This document shows positions 32,463 through 42,848 of a DNA stretch of 50,499 nucleotides, piece by piece; position 1 is the first letter of the stretch; the number at the start of each line of letters is the position of its first letter. The DNA lies in the NCBI GenBank assembly GCA_046045965.1, contig JBJOKS010000031.1:1-50499 (forward strand), read 5' to 3'. Made by a program: the position numbers and the translations under genes. The notes below the pieces were generated by a model that was given only the letters and a program-made list of their open reading frames with translations, made no database searches and was not told the origin of the DNA. This DNA comes from Cyanobacteriota bacterium (lineage in GTDB: Bacteria > Cyanobacteriota > Cyanobacteriia > Cyanobacteriales > Nostocaceae).

Positions 32463-33125
32463 ATGGATAATAGAGTCTATAATATTATTATTTTGAAGCT
32501 AACTTTGACTGTGATATTGCTATTTTTTGGGCTGCAATCAATTGCTAATGCTCAGACAAAAGTGACCCATCAAAGAAGCGGTCTGATTAATAATACTGAG
32601 CCAAATTCTACTCCAACTATAAATTCTCCCCAGGTGCAAACAGCCCTGCGTAAAACATCTGTGCGTAGGAAGCGGTTACTAATGAGGTCATTGTCTCCTG
32701 TTCCGCCAAGTCTTCCTGATACTACGGAGGAAAATATTCATTTACTGCTTGTTCTTCAGCAACGAAGACTTTACATTTATCGAGGAGATATTTTACAAGC
32801 GAGCTACCCAGTAGCAGTTGGTAAACCCAAATGGGAAACACCTATAGGCAAATTTAAGGTGATTAATATGATTAAAAATCCAGCTTGGGAAAACCCTTTT
32901 GTTGACAATAAACAAATTATTCCTCCAGGTTTTCAAAATCCTTTAGGAGAACGTTGGATTGGGTTTTGGACTGATGGAAAAGATGAAATTGGATTTCACG
33001 GCACTTATAAGAGAAATTCAGTAGGAAAAGCAAGTTCTCACGGTTGTGTTCGCTTGTATAATGAGGATGTGCAAAAACTGTATGAAATAGTGAAATTAGG
33101 AACCCCTGTAACCGTAGTTCCATAA
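32463..33125 (+). CDS. L,D-transpeptidase (YkuD family)
   Basis: Signal peptide, YPVAVG, NPLGERWIG, IGFHGT...SHGCVRL. Confidence 0.94.
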   Translation: MDNRVYNIIILKLTLTVILLFFGLQSIANAQTKVTHQRSGLINNTEPNSTPTINSPQVQTALRKTSVRRKRLLMRSLSPVPPSLPDTTEENIHLLLVLQQRRLYIYRGDILQASYPVAVGKPKWETPIGKFKVINMIKNPAWENPFVDNKQIIPPGFQNPLGERWIGFWTDGKDEIGFHGTYKRNSVGKASSHGCVRLYNEDVQKLYEIVKLGTPVTVVP

Positions 33126-33171
33126 AGAGTTGAGTAATTATTTACCACGCAAAGAAAGTGGAAGTGTTAAT

Positions 33172-33555
33172 CTAATCCGAATTTTCCCCATCTCTGCGTC
33201 CGAGTTCATAAATACCAGCACCCATACAGGCAAGTATGCCGGTGCTAATTCCCCAACTCTCACCTAAACTGATTTCTAGACCCCAGTTACATAAAGCACC
33301 AAAGATGAAAAAAGGCATAATGCTAAACAGTGAGGCGTAAAAAGCATTTTGTGATTCTCTGGCTTTGCGTGTCTTTTCAAATTCTGTTTCACTGGTATAA
33401 AGGGATCTTTCAGCAAAATTAAACCAGCGATTTAGTTGTTCTATCACCCATTCTCTAGTTGATGCCAAAGCCAGATATAATGCCAAAGCCCATAAACAAG
33501 CTCCAGCGATCGCAATTTTATCCAACTCAAATCGAAAGGGCAATATATCAAACAT
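33172..33555 (-). CDS. Conserved cyanobacterial membrane protein of unknown function
   Basis: 127 aa with three hydrophobic segments and a HIP1 site in frame. Confidence 0.75.
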   Translation of the reverse strand: MFDILPFRFELDKIAIAGACLWALALYLALASTREWVIEQLNRWFNFAERSLYTSETEFEKTRKARESQNAFYASLFSIMPFFIFGALCNWGLEISLGESWGISTGILACMGAGIYELGRRDGENSD

Positions 33556-33754
33556 AGGTGCGGTTTAATGCTGCAATATCCTATTTTAGCTTTAATTCGC
33601 TCCTAAATCGACCCTATTGAGAAAATTTTCATCTCCTGACAAGAATAATTTTGTCTGATTGCTGATTTTGCACATTTACATAGTCTTATTTTATAAGATC
33701 AATCCACCATTTAAAAAGGTTCTGGAACAGTATTTCTAAATTCTTAAAATTATC

Positions 33755-33794
33755 AAAAAAGTCAATAGTCTACAAACATAGACCATTGACTTTT
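33755..33794. terminator. Intrinsic terminator downstream of ftsH
   Basis: AAAAGTCAATAGTCTA-CAAACA-TAGACCATTGACTTTT with flanking A/T runs. Confidence 0.7.
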
Positions 33795-33803
33795 AATCAA
33801 TTC

Positions 33804-35699
33804 CTAACGAGAAACTACTAAGTTTTCATCTCTCACCTGAGTCTGAATATTCTCATCAACAATTTTACGGAATAAATCACCATCAATGGTTTCTTCTTCC
33901 GCTAACATATCAACTAAACGTTCCATCACCATGCGGTTTTCTTCAAGTATTTCTTTGCACTTCACGTAACAATTACTAACAATCTCTCTGACTTGAGCAT
34001 CAATTTTAGCAGCAATTTCTTCAGAATATTCTGATTTATTCCCCCAGTCACGACCTAAAAATACTTCCTGGTTGGGGCTTTCCAAGGACAATGGACCTAA
34101 ATCAGACATTCCAAACCGTGTTACCATTTGTCTGGCCATATTTGTCACCTGTTGCAAGTCATTTCCTGCACCTGTGGTTACTTCTGGCTTACCAAACACA
34201 ATTTCCTCAGCCGCTCGACCGCCTAAAGCTGCCATAATCCGCGCTAAAATTTGGGAACGGGAAATTAAACCTTGTTCTTCATTGGGTGTAAACCAAGTTA
34301 AACCTAACGCTTGTCCTCTGGGAATAAGGGTAACTTTTTGTACCGGATCATGGTCTTTAACTAACGTACCTATCAAAGCGTGTCCTACTTCATGGTAAGC
34401 AATTAAACGTTTGTTTTTGCTATCTACTAAAGCTGTACCTTCCATTCCCGCTACTACCCGATCTACTGCATCATCAATCTCTAGGATGGTAATGGCTTCT
34501 TTGCGTCTTCTCGCGGTGAGAATAGCTGCTTCATTGAGTAGGTTAGCTAAGTCTGCACCAGTGAAACCAGGAGTACGACGAGCGATCGCATCTAAGGAAA
34601 CGCTTGGATCTAATTTCTTATTCCGCGCATGAACTTGCAATATTTCTAAACGTCCTTTTAAGTCCGGTGCATCCACCATTACTTGTCTATCAAAACGACC
34701 AGGACGCAACAATGCAGAATCTAACACATCAGGACGGTTAGTAGCTGCAATAATAATGATACCTGTGTTACCTTCAAAACCATCCATTTCTGTTAATAGC
34801 TGGTTTAAGGTTTGCTCTCTTTCATCATTACCACCACCAATACCCGCACCCCGCTGTCTACCAACTGCATCAATTTCATCAATAAAAATGATACAAGGAG
34901 CGTTATCTTTAGCTTTTTTAAACAGGTCGCGGACACGGGAAGCACCCACACCCACGAACATTTCGACAAATTCCGAACCGGAAATACTGAAAAATGGTAC
35001 AGCAGCTTCTCCAGCGATCGCTTTTGCTAGTAGAGTTTTACCAGTACCAGGGGGTCCAACTAACAGTACACCTTTAGGAATTTTTGCACCCACCGCCGTA
35101 AATTTTTCCGGTTGTTTCAAGAAAGTAACAACTTCCTGTAATTCTTCCTTAGCTTCTTCAATTCCCGCCACATCATCAAATTTTACCCCAGTTTTGGCCT
35201 CCATTTGAAAGCGAGCGCGGGATTTGCCAAAATTCAAAGCTTGGTTAGAAGCATTGGTAGAACGGCGCAGGAACAACAGCATTAAAGCCACTAATGGTAA
35301 AATCCACATGAGGTTGATTAAAAGTCCTACAGCTGCTCTACTGTTAGCAGAGGAAACCTGACCAAACTCCACATTCTGTTCTTTGAGTTTGTTAATTAAC
35401 TCAGAGTTTTGATTTAAAAGTCGTACCGGAATAGGTGGTGCATCTGGTTTTTGATCTGCTAAATAAACTTTAGCTATTTGTTCAGTTTCATCCAGTTCTA
35501 CTCTTTTAACCTGCCCTTGCTCTGTTTTCTGGAGCAATTCCCCATAAGATAAAGAATTACGCTCTACTTTTTGCGCCAAAACGGGACTACCCCCAAAAAT
35601 TCCTGGCAACATAATCATAGTAGCCGCTAATGCCCCAGTCAAAACACCACGTTTTGTTGGACGCTGTTGTCTCAATGCCTTTTTACCAACATTTGTCAT
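33804..35699 (-). CDS. ftsH: ATP-dependent zinc metalloprotease FtsH
   Basis: [44 protein letters not shown]. Confidence 0.97.
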   Translation of the reverse strand: MTNVGKKALRQQRPTKRGVLTGALAATMIMLPGIFGGSPVLAQKVERNSLSYGELLQKTEQGQVKRVELDETEQIAKVYLADQKPDAPPIPVRLLNQNSELINKLKEQNVEFGQVSSANSRAAVGLLINLMWILPLVALMLLFLRRSTNASNQALNFGKSRARFQMEAKTGVKFDDVAGIEEAKEELQEVVTFLKQPEKFTAVGAKIPKGVLLVGPPGTGKTLLAKAIAGEAAVPFFSISGSEFVEMFVGVGASRVRDLFKKAKDNAPCIIFIDEIDAVGRQRGAGIGGGNDEREQTLNQLLTEMDGFEGNTGIIIIAATNRPDVLDSALLRPGRFDRQVMVDAPDLKGRLEILQVHARNKKLDPSVSLDAIARRTPGFTGADLANLLNEAAILTARRRKEAITILEIDDAVDRVVAGMEGTALVDSKNKRLIAYHEVGHALIGTLVKDHDPVQKVTLIPRGQALGLTWFTPNEEQGLISRSQILARIMAALGGRAAEEIVFGKPEVTTGAGNDLQQVTNMARQMVTRFGMSDLGPLSLESPNQEVFLGRDWGNKSEYSEEIAAKIDAQVREIVSNCYVKCKEILEENRMVMERLVDMLAEEETIDGDLFRKIVDENIQTQVRDENLVVSR

Positions 35700-35923
35700 A
35701 AAATTTACCCTTTTTCTTTTGGCATAAGCTGATTTTTGATTTTATGCCTATTCTTTTGGCTGAAATAGCAATAACTGGAAATTACAGTTTTCTCATCTAG
35801 TTTAACTTCGACCTATGAGGAATTGGTGATTGATGATTAGGAAAGATGACAATTAAGGTAAAGTGCGAGAGATTAAATTCTATTATCCCTTGCTATCTAC
35901 TCCTTATTCCCTCTCTATGGAAT

Positions 35924-35972
35924 TTGACAGATGACAACAGTCATCGTTAAAATAACCATAGTCGTAATGACT
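35924..35972 (+). promoter_or_regulatory. sigma70-type promoter with palindromic operator(s) for the FMN reductase gene
   Basis: TTGACA-N18-TAAAAT; spacer holds GATGAC-AACA-GTCATC; AGTCG-TAA-TGACT at 35960-35972. Confidence 0.6.
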
Positions 35973-36007
35973 CCGCTTTTTAATAATTCTGGTATTGTGG
36001 GTGAACT

Positions 36008-36553
36008 ATGGTAAAAATTGTTGGTATTGGTGGTAGTTTAAGACCAGGCTCCTATACCCAGCTTGGGTTACAAGTAGCAGCGCAACGAGTAGCAGCTTTA
36101 GGTGCAGAGGTAGAAATTCTCGACTTACAGCAAATGCAGCTACCTTTCTGCAACGGTGCTGGGGAATATCCAGAGTATCCAGATGTACAAAGGTTGCGCG
36201 ATACCGTGGGTAATGCTGACGGCTTAATTTTGGCCACACCAGAATATCATGGCGGCGTTAGCGGTGTGATTAAAAATACCTTGGATTTAATGAGTTTTGA
36301 TCAACTGTCTGGGAAAGTGACAGGATTGATTAGTATTTTAGGTGGTCAGTCTAATAGTAATGCTCTCAATGACCTGCGAATCATTATGAGATGGGTTCAT
36401 GGTTGGGTAATTCCCGAACAAATTGCTATTGGACAAGCTTACAGTGCTTTCAGTCCTGAAGGTAAGCTGCTGGATGAAAAATTATCTCAACGCTTTGATC
36501 AATTTGCTCAAAGTCTGGTAGATAATACTCGTAAGCTGCGCGGAGTTAATTAG
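36008..36553 (+). CDS. NADPH-dependent FMN reductase
   Basis: GSLRPGS, ATPEYHG, KNTLD. Confidence 0.92.
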   Translation: MVKIVGIGGSLRPGSYTQLGLQVAAQRVAALGAEVEILDLQQMQLPFCNGAGEYPEYPDVQRLRDTVGNADGLILATPEYHGGVSGVIKNTLDLMSFDQLSGKVTGLISILGGQSNSNALNDLRIIMRWVHGWVIPEQIAIGQAYSAFSPEGKLLDEKLSQRFDQFAQSLVDNTRKLRGVN

Positions 36554-36703
36554 AAATAGGGTTACAAGGGGAGGATATTACAGGCTATTCTCCCTTATTA
36601 GCCTGGAAAAAACTTTCTTGACTACAAGAAGCCATAAGTCTTACTGTAGGTCTATCTGTACTAGTTGGTAAGCGGAAACACCCCAATATCTCAACATCCT
36701 GAT

Positions 36704-37645
36704 TCAGAAATTTTTACAAGCTACAGCAAAACGTTCAATTCCCGCTAAATCAGCATGAATTGAAATATGACAATAATTACCATTATTTTCCAACAATTCT
36801 CGCACCGTCTCCGCCTGTCCAGCCATCATTTCAATCAACCACACCCCACCCGGACGCAAATAAGCAGGAGAAACTGCTATTAAATGACGAATATAATCTA
36901 AACCATCAGTACCACCATCTAACGCTAGATGTGGTTCATGTTTAACTACTTCTGGTTGTAATGTCAGTACCGTATCACTGGGAATATAAGGCGGATTTGA
37001 TACCATTCCGCTAAACTGACCTTTCAACGATTCTAAGGGTTTCCACCATGAACCTTGATAAAATTTAATCCGTTCCCCAAAACCCAAATTTTCCGCATTG
37101 CTTTTAGCAACGGCTAAAGCTTGAGAACTGACATCAACTGCATGAATAGTGGCATTTGTCAATACTTCAGCTAAACCAAGAGCGATCGCACCACTGCCAG
37201 TACCCAAATCTGCCCAATGCAAATCTGTAGAGACATTATGTGGAACATTTATACATCTTTTAGCATCAATGTCTTTAAACTTGTTAGCAGCAATCACAGC
37301 CAAATCAATTAACATTTCTGTTTCCGGTCTGGGAATTAAAACCGCACTTGACACAGCGAGTTTAAACTTTCGCCAAGGTGTAGTTCCAGCAATATACTGT
37401 ACTGGCAAGCGATCATGTAAGCGTCTTTGCCACAACTGGTCTAATTCTGCCAAAGAAAACTGCATTTTAATTTGCTGCCATTCTTTGAAAGACTCTAAAC
37501 GCAGTGCCAAGCGGTCTAATCCAGCTATTTCCTGCAACAGCCAATCAACTTCTATAGGTGAAATGTCCGCAGCTATAGCAGCGTGAATGGCTGCATTTCG
37601 CCACTTCCAAATTTCCGCACCAGTAACTGACTGTTGCTTAAACAT
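36704..37645 (-). CDS. prmC: Release factor glutamine methyltransferase
   Basis: LIPRPETE, DLGTGSG, SNPPY. Confidence 0.96.
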   Translation of the reverse strand: MFKQQSVTGAEIWKWRNAAIHAAIAADISPIEVDWLLQEIAGLDRLALRLESFKEWQQIKMQFSLAELDQLWQRRLHDRLPVQYIAGTTPWRKFKLAVSSAVLIPRPETEMLIDLAVIAANKFKDIDAKRCINVPHNVSTDLHWADLGTGSGAIALGLAEVLTNATIHAVDVSSQALAVAKSNAENLGFGERIKFYQGSWWKPLESLKGQFSGMVSNPPYIPSDTVLTLQPEVVKHEPHLALDGGTDGLDYIRHLIAVSPAYLRPGGVWLIEMMAGQAETVRELLENNGNYCHISIHADLAGIERFAVACKNF

Positions 37646-37647
37646 GA

Positions 37648-38448
37648 TTAACGCTGCCTAGAAGGTGCAGTTTTCGACTTGGGAGCATTATCTTTAGGCA
37701 GAGTCCTGATATATTCTCTAGACTCTGGGGATGGAACTAAAACCACCTGGTTTAGCCAGGAATCATTTTTATCTGTTAAAACCTTGATCACGCCATCTAC
37801 ATCTATGACTTGAATATCAGCTGTAGGAAACTTTGGCTTTACTTGGTTTAATAAACCTTGTGCATCTTGTTTGCTCAAGAATAAAGGAATCATTTGCTGC
37901 TTATTAGCACCCAATTCAATTGGAACATATCCTTTATCTGGTGCAAATCTCACAGCGAAAACAGGTACACTCTTGAATTGATCTACTTTTTGACCTCCAG
38001 CCTTGAGTAAAGCTAAAGCACCTTTGATTTCTTGGTCTACAGGCTTAAAAGCAAATAAAAGACGATTTGGCTGGTTTTTGCTTTGTTGCAATTGCTGATA
38101 AATTACACCTAGAGGCACGGCAGTAACTTGCAATTTTTTAGCCATTTCTTCAACTTTCGGATCTTTATTTTTGGCACTCCGCAATTCTTTGATAAACGCC
38201 AAAGCTTCCTGCCGACTCATATATACACCTGTCACTGATGCCCCTTGTTGCCCATTTTTTGCAGGTAGGTTGCGACTCAGGGGTAAGCCTTGATCATTAG
38301 TAATCAAGTAAACTGGTATTGCATCTAACTTTTCTTTTATTTGTTGTTCTGATAATGCCAGGGCAGGAAAATTGACGGCTACCACACTTCCTAGCAACGT
38401 ACTACCTACTAAACCTAGCGTTACGCCCCAGCGAACCAATGATTTCAT
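37648..38448 (-). CDS. tic22: Tic22 family periplasmic chaperone
   Basis: Signal peptide, KLDAIPVYLITN..G.PL, VPVF and IPLFLSK; adjacent to prmC. Confidence 0.88.
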   Translation of the reverse strand: MKSLVRWGVTLGLVGSTLLGSVVAVNFPALALSEQQIKEKLDAIPVYLITNDQGLPLSRNLPAKNGQQGASVTGVYMSRQEALAFIKELRSAKNKDPKVEEMAKKLQVTAVPLGVIYQQLQQSKNQPNRLLFAFKPVDQEIKGALALLKAGGQKVDQFKSVPVFAVRFAPDKGYVPIELGANKQQMIPLFLSKQDAQGLLNQVKPKFPTADIQVIDVDGVIKVLTDKNDSWLNQVVLVPSPESREYIRTLPKDNAPKSKTAPSRQR

Positions 38449-38939
38449 AACTACTCCTCATCTCAATATCAATAGTTTAATTTACTTAGACAATCTCGGT
38501 AAATGATTTGATTTTATACTAACTAAATCAGCTTTAATTATCTAGGAAGCTATTTTATCTGTAAATAACTTTCTAAATTTAGCTAATAACTGTCTTGAAT
38601 GTTGTCTTGCTATTCACTACTAAATGTTGTATTGGTCTATTATACTTTTTCTCCAGCAGCGAGTGATTTCCGGGACTCTTGATCAAAACAACTCCATTTT
38701 ATTTTATTGTTTTTCTCAGTTATGGGTGACGTTATGACTAAATCAATCGTTCCATCTGCGATCACTTGAATATATTGACAAATATATCCAAAAACTAATC
38801 AATTTTACTACTACTCCTTTGAGATACTCAACTGAACAGTATTGAATTCAGTATGAATAAATTTTTTCAAGCACAACAAAATAAGATCTGCCAACCATTC
38901 AGTCACCAGTAAATCAACCATTTTAAAAATTATCAAAAA

Positions 38940-39013
38940 TCGGGATGACAGGATTTGAACCTGCGGCATCCTGCTCCCAAAGCAGGCGCGCTACCAAGCT
39001 GCGCTACATCCCG
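38940..39013 (-). tRNA. trnP: tRNA-Pro(UGG), CCA not encoded
   Basis: Minus strand CGGGATGTAGCGCAGCTTGGTAGCGCG-CCTGC-TTTGGGA-GCAGG-ATGCCGCAGGTTCAAATCCTGTCATCCCGA cloverleaf. Confidence 0.97.
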
Positions 39014-39199
39014 GAAAGACTATTTGGCTTGATGAGTTTACCTCCACATAACAAAAATTATGTTTTGCTCAATCATCTTTTTAACTATATCATTCTTAAA
39101 GCTGATTGCCAACCCCCTTACCTGGAAAAAATAAAATTACTTCTGCGGTGATGATAGCAAATCTATGGCTACAACCTTGTTTTGTTTGCAAATTGAGGA

Positions 39200-39727
39200 T
39201 CATTGAGGATACCAAAACATCCCTTTAATACCTTCTGGATCAGGTATAAACCCCATAGTTCGGTAAAAATCGACAACATGGGGGTCAGCGAAGAGAGTAA
39301 CATTGCTAATTTCTTCACTTCTGAGTTTTTTGAGGACATATTTCATCAATGCCTTACCCAGGCCTTGACTTTGGAAGTCTGGATGAACCACCACATCCCA
39401 AATAGTGGCATTAAACGCATGATCTGAGGTAGCACGAGCAAAACCAATTAACCGCCTGTTATTTCCTCGTACTTGCCACATAGACGCGACGAGAAAACTA
39501 TGCTCAATGGCTTTTTTTACTTTTCTCAGCGGACGACGCGACCAACCAACCGCATCACAGAGTTCTTCTAGTTCATACAGGTCGATATCACGCTCAGTGC
39601 TAAAAACGATGCTATCGCTACTGGCGCTAGAGTTGCCTCTATCTCCCCGTGTATACTCATCAAATGCGGTTGTTTTATTTGTCGCTACAGATTCAGAACT
39701 ACTAAACCAAGTTTTCCAAAAACCCAT
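39200..39727 (-). CDS. GNAT N-acetyltransferase (Ycf52-like)
   Basis: [31 protein letters not shown]. Confidence 0.9.
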   Translation of the reverse strand: MGFWKTWFSSSESVATNKTTAFDEYTRGDRGNSSASSDSIVFSTERDIDLYELEELCDAVGWSRRPLRKVKKAIEHSFLVASMWQVRGNNRRLIGFARATSDHAFNATIWDVVVHPDFQSQGLGKALMKYVLKKLRSEEISNVTLFADPHVVDFYRTMGFIPDPEGIKGMFWYPQ

Positions 39728-40538
39728 GCCAACGCGGTTCGGGTAACATGACTGAATTGGTTACACTGTTTAAGAGTGTTGATTCATCAGTAAAATTACT
39801 GTCTTTGCTCTATCTCCAGACACATAACCTAAAAATTTACGTTGAGTGTGTTGGGCATTGGCAATAGTGACAGATGGTTACTATATGTTTCACACCAATC
39901 ATTTTTAACTTTAGCATTTTGTTTTCACATTTCTTAATTCCATAACCAAATATGGATATGAGATTTTTACTTTATGAGAAACAAATCTCACACACGAAAT
40001 GCAAGGTGAATCCCCTAATCCTTTTTTGGGGGACGCTGGGACTAAATTTCCACTTTTGCTGGTTTGCGTCTAGTGGTTAATCTGTTTGATCCACTAAAAT
40101 CAAGATACTACATTATTCAGGTAATCTGATGTATCCAACTATAGAATTTTGATAACTTTTCGCGTGATCCAGACCCAAAAAGCATGATTTCGGCAATATT
40201 GACAGCAAAAAATAGCATGGAGGCGATCGCATTAGCTGGTATGTCAACTTTCAACCCGCCCATCAAGTAGGCGCTAACCATAGATTATGTAGAATTTCCG
40301 TTAGTAGCTAGTATGATATCAAACTTACACTATGATTTTTACCATGAGGTAAAACCTATGCTTAATCCGCCAAAACGGAAACATACAGCTTATTGTAAGT
40401 AAATTAACCAAAGATTTAGTTACAAAGGCAAACACAAAGCCAGTTTTACTGCTGACTGCTGCTATATAAGAGCAAATCAGTAAATAACACAGTTTTGAGC
40501 TTTATTTTTAGCAAAGCAAGCAAGTCTTACCTCCAACA

Positions 40539-41258
40539 ATGACTTCTGGTTTAAAATCCTCGACCCTGGAACTTCTAAAACGCTTTAACCGAGCGTTTCC
40601 CCAATTTTATGAGCAATTTGTTAGCAGTGAGATTCAGTTGCAAAATTTACGACTGGCATACCGTTTATATAAAACCAAACGGGCTGTAATCGAGATGAAA
40701 CCGGAAGGCAGCAAAAGCGCCCTGCATTTTGCATACCGTAATCAGTCTTTTCTCCTCAGCGACATTTTTGGTGTGCTGGCAGCTTATGGTTTAACTATTC
40801 ATGGTTTGAGTCTCTATGGTCAGATTCAACCACCAATGTTAGTTTTTATCAAACTGCTGGTATCCCGTGGCAGCAAAGCCTTGACCGAAAAAACCGCAGA
40901 AAATGTTTGCCGTGCCATTCGTGAGGCTCTAGGAAATAGGTTTGAGGTAGAAGAGATGTTAGCGGTTGAATTTAACCTCAATGCTGGTTTAGAGCAGGTA
41001 CAAACCGAGTTCTATGTCGATCCAGTTTTTCATCTCCCAGCCCTAGTCATTGAAGCCGATAATCAACCAGGATTATTTTATAAAGTCATGTATGGCATCT
41101 GGCAAGAAGACCTTCTGGTAGTCAATGCCAATTTATTGGTTTGGCGCGGACGTACACGGCTAATACTCTACTTGTTGGGACCTAACGAAAACCTGATTCC
41201 TGAATATCTTGGTCACAAAATTGCCGAAGGAGTGCGACAGAGGTTACTTGGTCATTAA
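40539..41258 (+). CDS. Conserved hypothetical protein with two ACT-like domains
   Basis: NQSFLLSDIFGVLAAYGLTI and DNQPGLFYKVMYGIWQEDLLV resemble GlnD-type ACT repeats. Confidence 0.75.
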   Translation: MTSGLKSSTLELLKRFNRAFPQFYEQFVSSEIQLQNLRLAYRLYKTKRAVIEMKPEGSKSALHFAYRNQSFLLSDIFGVLAAYGLTIHGLSLYGQIQPPMLVFIKLLVSRGSKALTEKTAENVCRAIREALGNRFEVEEMLAVEFNLNAGLEQVQTEFYVDPVFHLPALVIEADNQPGLFYKVMYGIWQEDLLVVNANLLVWRGRTRLILYLLGPNENLIPEYLGHKIAEGVRQRLLGH

Positions 41259-41397
41259 CAGGTGATTGGTGACTGGTGACTGGTAATTGGGTTATTAACT
41301 TCCCTTTCCCCCCCATCTCCCCATCTCCTCCAGCTCCTCAACTATTTTCCTGTCCGTATTTAGTCGCACCCGCCCTTCGGGTTACGATATAGGTATC

Positions 41398-41566
41398 TTG
41401 ACATACTCCCCGCCCTGAAAGTGCGGAGATTCTTTCTTTCAAACAACAGTTGCACAGCATAGCCCGTCTTACACTATCTCGCCCAACAGACAATGCCCTG
41501 CCTGTTGCCACTATTGTATCAAAAAGCCGTCCTCAAAGGACGGGGAACCTCAAACCCATTTTTTCG
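41398..41566 (-). mobile_element. Non-autonomous IS200/IS605-family element (169 bp; no tnpA or tnpB)
   Basis: Minus strand: TTAC target, left-end hairpin CCGTCCT-TTG-AGGACGG, right end AGAATCTCCGCACTTTCAGGGCGGGGAGTATGTCAA. Confidence 0.82.
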
Positions 41567-41683
41567 GTAAAACTTAGCCCAATTTATAGACCAATATAGT
41601 CATCACTTGTCATTTATCACGGTGAAACCAGCTAATAGATGTGGATCAGAGCCTACTTAAACCCAGACAATGAGCAGAATTTT

Positions 41684-41712
41684 TTGACACCAGAACCGAT
41701 AAATGTTATCAT
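41684..41712 (+). promoter_or_regulatory. sigma70-type promoter of the alpha/beta hydrolase gene
   Basis: TTGACA-N17-TATCAT with TGn extended -10. Confidence 0.7.
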
Positions 41713-41813
41713 TTGCTGGATTAAGTAGTCCCGACAGCGTTTAGTCTAGGGATAGAGGGCTTTGTAGTTAGCCCAGTCGGGGTTATTTCCGACAAACAAA
41801 GGGCAGGAGATCA

Positions 41814-42797
41814 ATGTCTATGCTTTTTGAAACTATGGCAACAATAGAAATCTTCGGCGTTCCCCACGCTTATGAGTTAACGGCTCCCACTTCTTGCTCC
41901 CATGCTTTAGTATTTATCCACGGTTGGCTCAACAGCCGTGAATATTGGCAACCTGTGATTTCTCGCCTATCAGTTGATTTTCAGTGCTTGTCTTATGATT
42001 TGCGAGGTTTTGGTGCATCCCAGTCTCAGCCAAAATTAGACTTTAATCGAGCAGAGGCTGTTTTGTCGCTCGGCTCTACCATAAATCCTAAATTGGTTAG
42101 CTATCCCCCTGATTCTCTTTATTCTCCTTCAGCATACTCTCAGGATTTAGTCGCTCTTCTGGAACTTCTCAATATTCCCAGCGTTTGGCTAATTGGTCAT
42201 TCTTTGGGAGGTACTATTGCTCTATGGACAGCGGCTCAATTACCTGACTGTGTTAAAGGTGTTATTTGTATTAATGCAGGTGGTGGAATTTATCTCAAAG
42301 AAGCATTTGAGCAGTTTCGCACGACAGGTCAAAAATTTCTACAGGTTCGCCCACGCTGGCTTTACCAATTGCCTTTGGTTGATTTGCTGTTTACTAGAGC
42401 CAGTGTAGCACGTCCTTTAGATCGGTATTGGGCGCGTCAACGAGTAATTGATTTCGTTGTGGCTGATCCAGAAGCTGCACTGGGAACCCTTTTAGACTCT
42501 ACTACCGAAGAAGAAGTGAACCGCTTACCCCAATTAGTTTCACAACTAAAGCAGCCAGTTTATTTTTTATCTGGTGCTGATGACAAGGTAATGGAACCTA
42601 AATATGTACGCTATTTAGCCAGCTTCCATAGGCTTTTCCAATACGTTGGCGATAATTTTATTGAAATTCCTAATTGTGGACACCTGGCAATGTTAGAACA
42701 GCCAGATGCAGTTGCTGATCATATTCGGTCATTAGTCATAGGGAACAGGGAACAGGGAACAGGGAACAGGGAACAGGGAACAGGGAATAGGGAATAA
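41814..42797 (+). CDS. Alpha/beta fold hydrolase
   Basis: FIHGW, YDLRGFG, GHSLGG nucleophile elbow, CGH; C-terminus encoded by STRR. Confidence 0.92.
   Translation: MSMLFETMATIEIFGVPHAYELTAPTSCSHALVFIHGWLNSREYWQPVISRLSVDFQCLSYDLRGFGASQSQPKLDFNRAEAVLSLGSTINPKLVSYPPDSLYSPSAYSQDLVALLELLNIPSVWLIGHSLGGTIALWTAAQLPDCVKGVICINAGGGIYLKEAFEQFRTTGQKFLQVRPRWLYQLPLVDLLFTRASVARPLDRYWARQRVIDFVVADPEAALGTLLDSTTEEEVNRLPQLVSQLKQPVYFLSGADDKVMEPKYVRYLASFHRLFQYVGDNFIEIPNCGHLAMLEQPDAVADHIRSLVIGNREQGTGNREQGTGNRE
42740..42795. repeat. STRR (AGGGAAC)n inside the 3' end of the hydrolase gene
   Basis: Tandem 7-mers translating as GNREQGT. Confidence 0.92.
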
Positions 42798-42848
42798 AGA
42801 ATTGGTAATTAGGGAGCAACAGAAGTCTTTGAATTATGAATTATGAAT

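Noticed and set aside
38945..39151. 68-aa ORF MTGFEPAASCSQSRRATKLRY
   Set aside because: Antisense translation of tRNA-Pro
38449..39199. tRNA-Pro as integration site of an island
   Set aside because: No integrase and no duplicated tRNA 3' end; flanked by housekeeping genes
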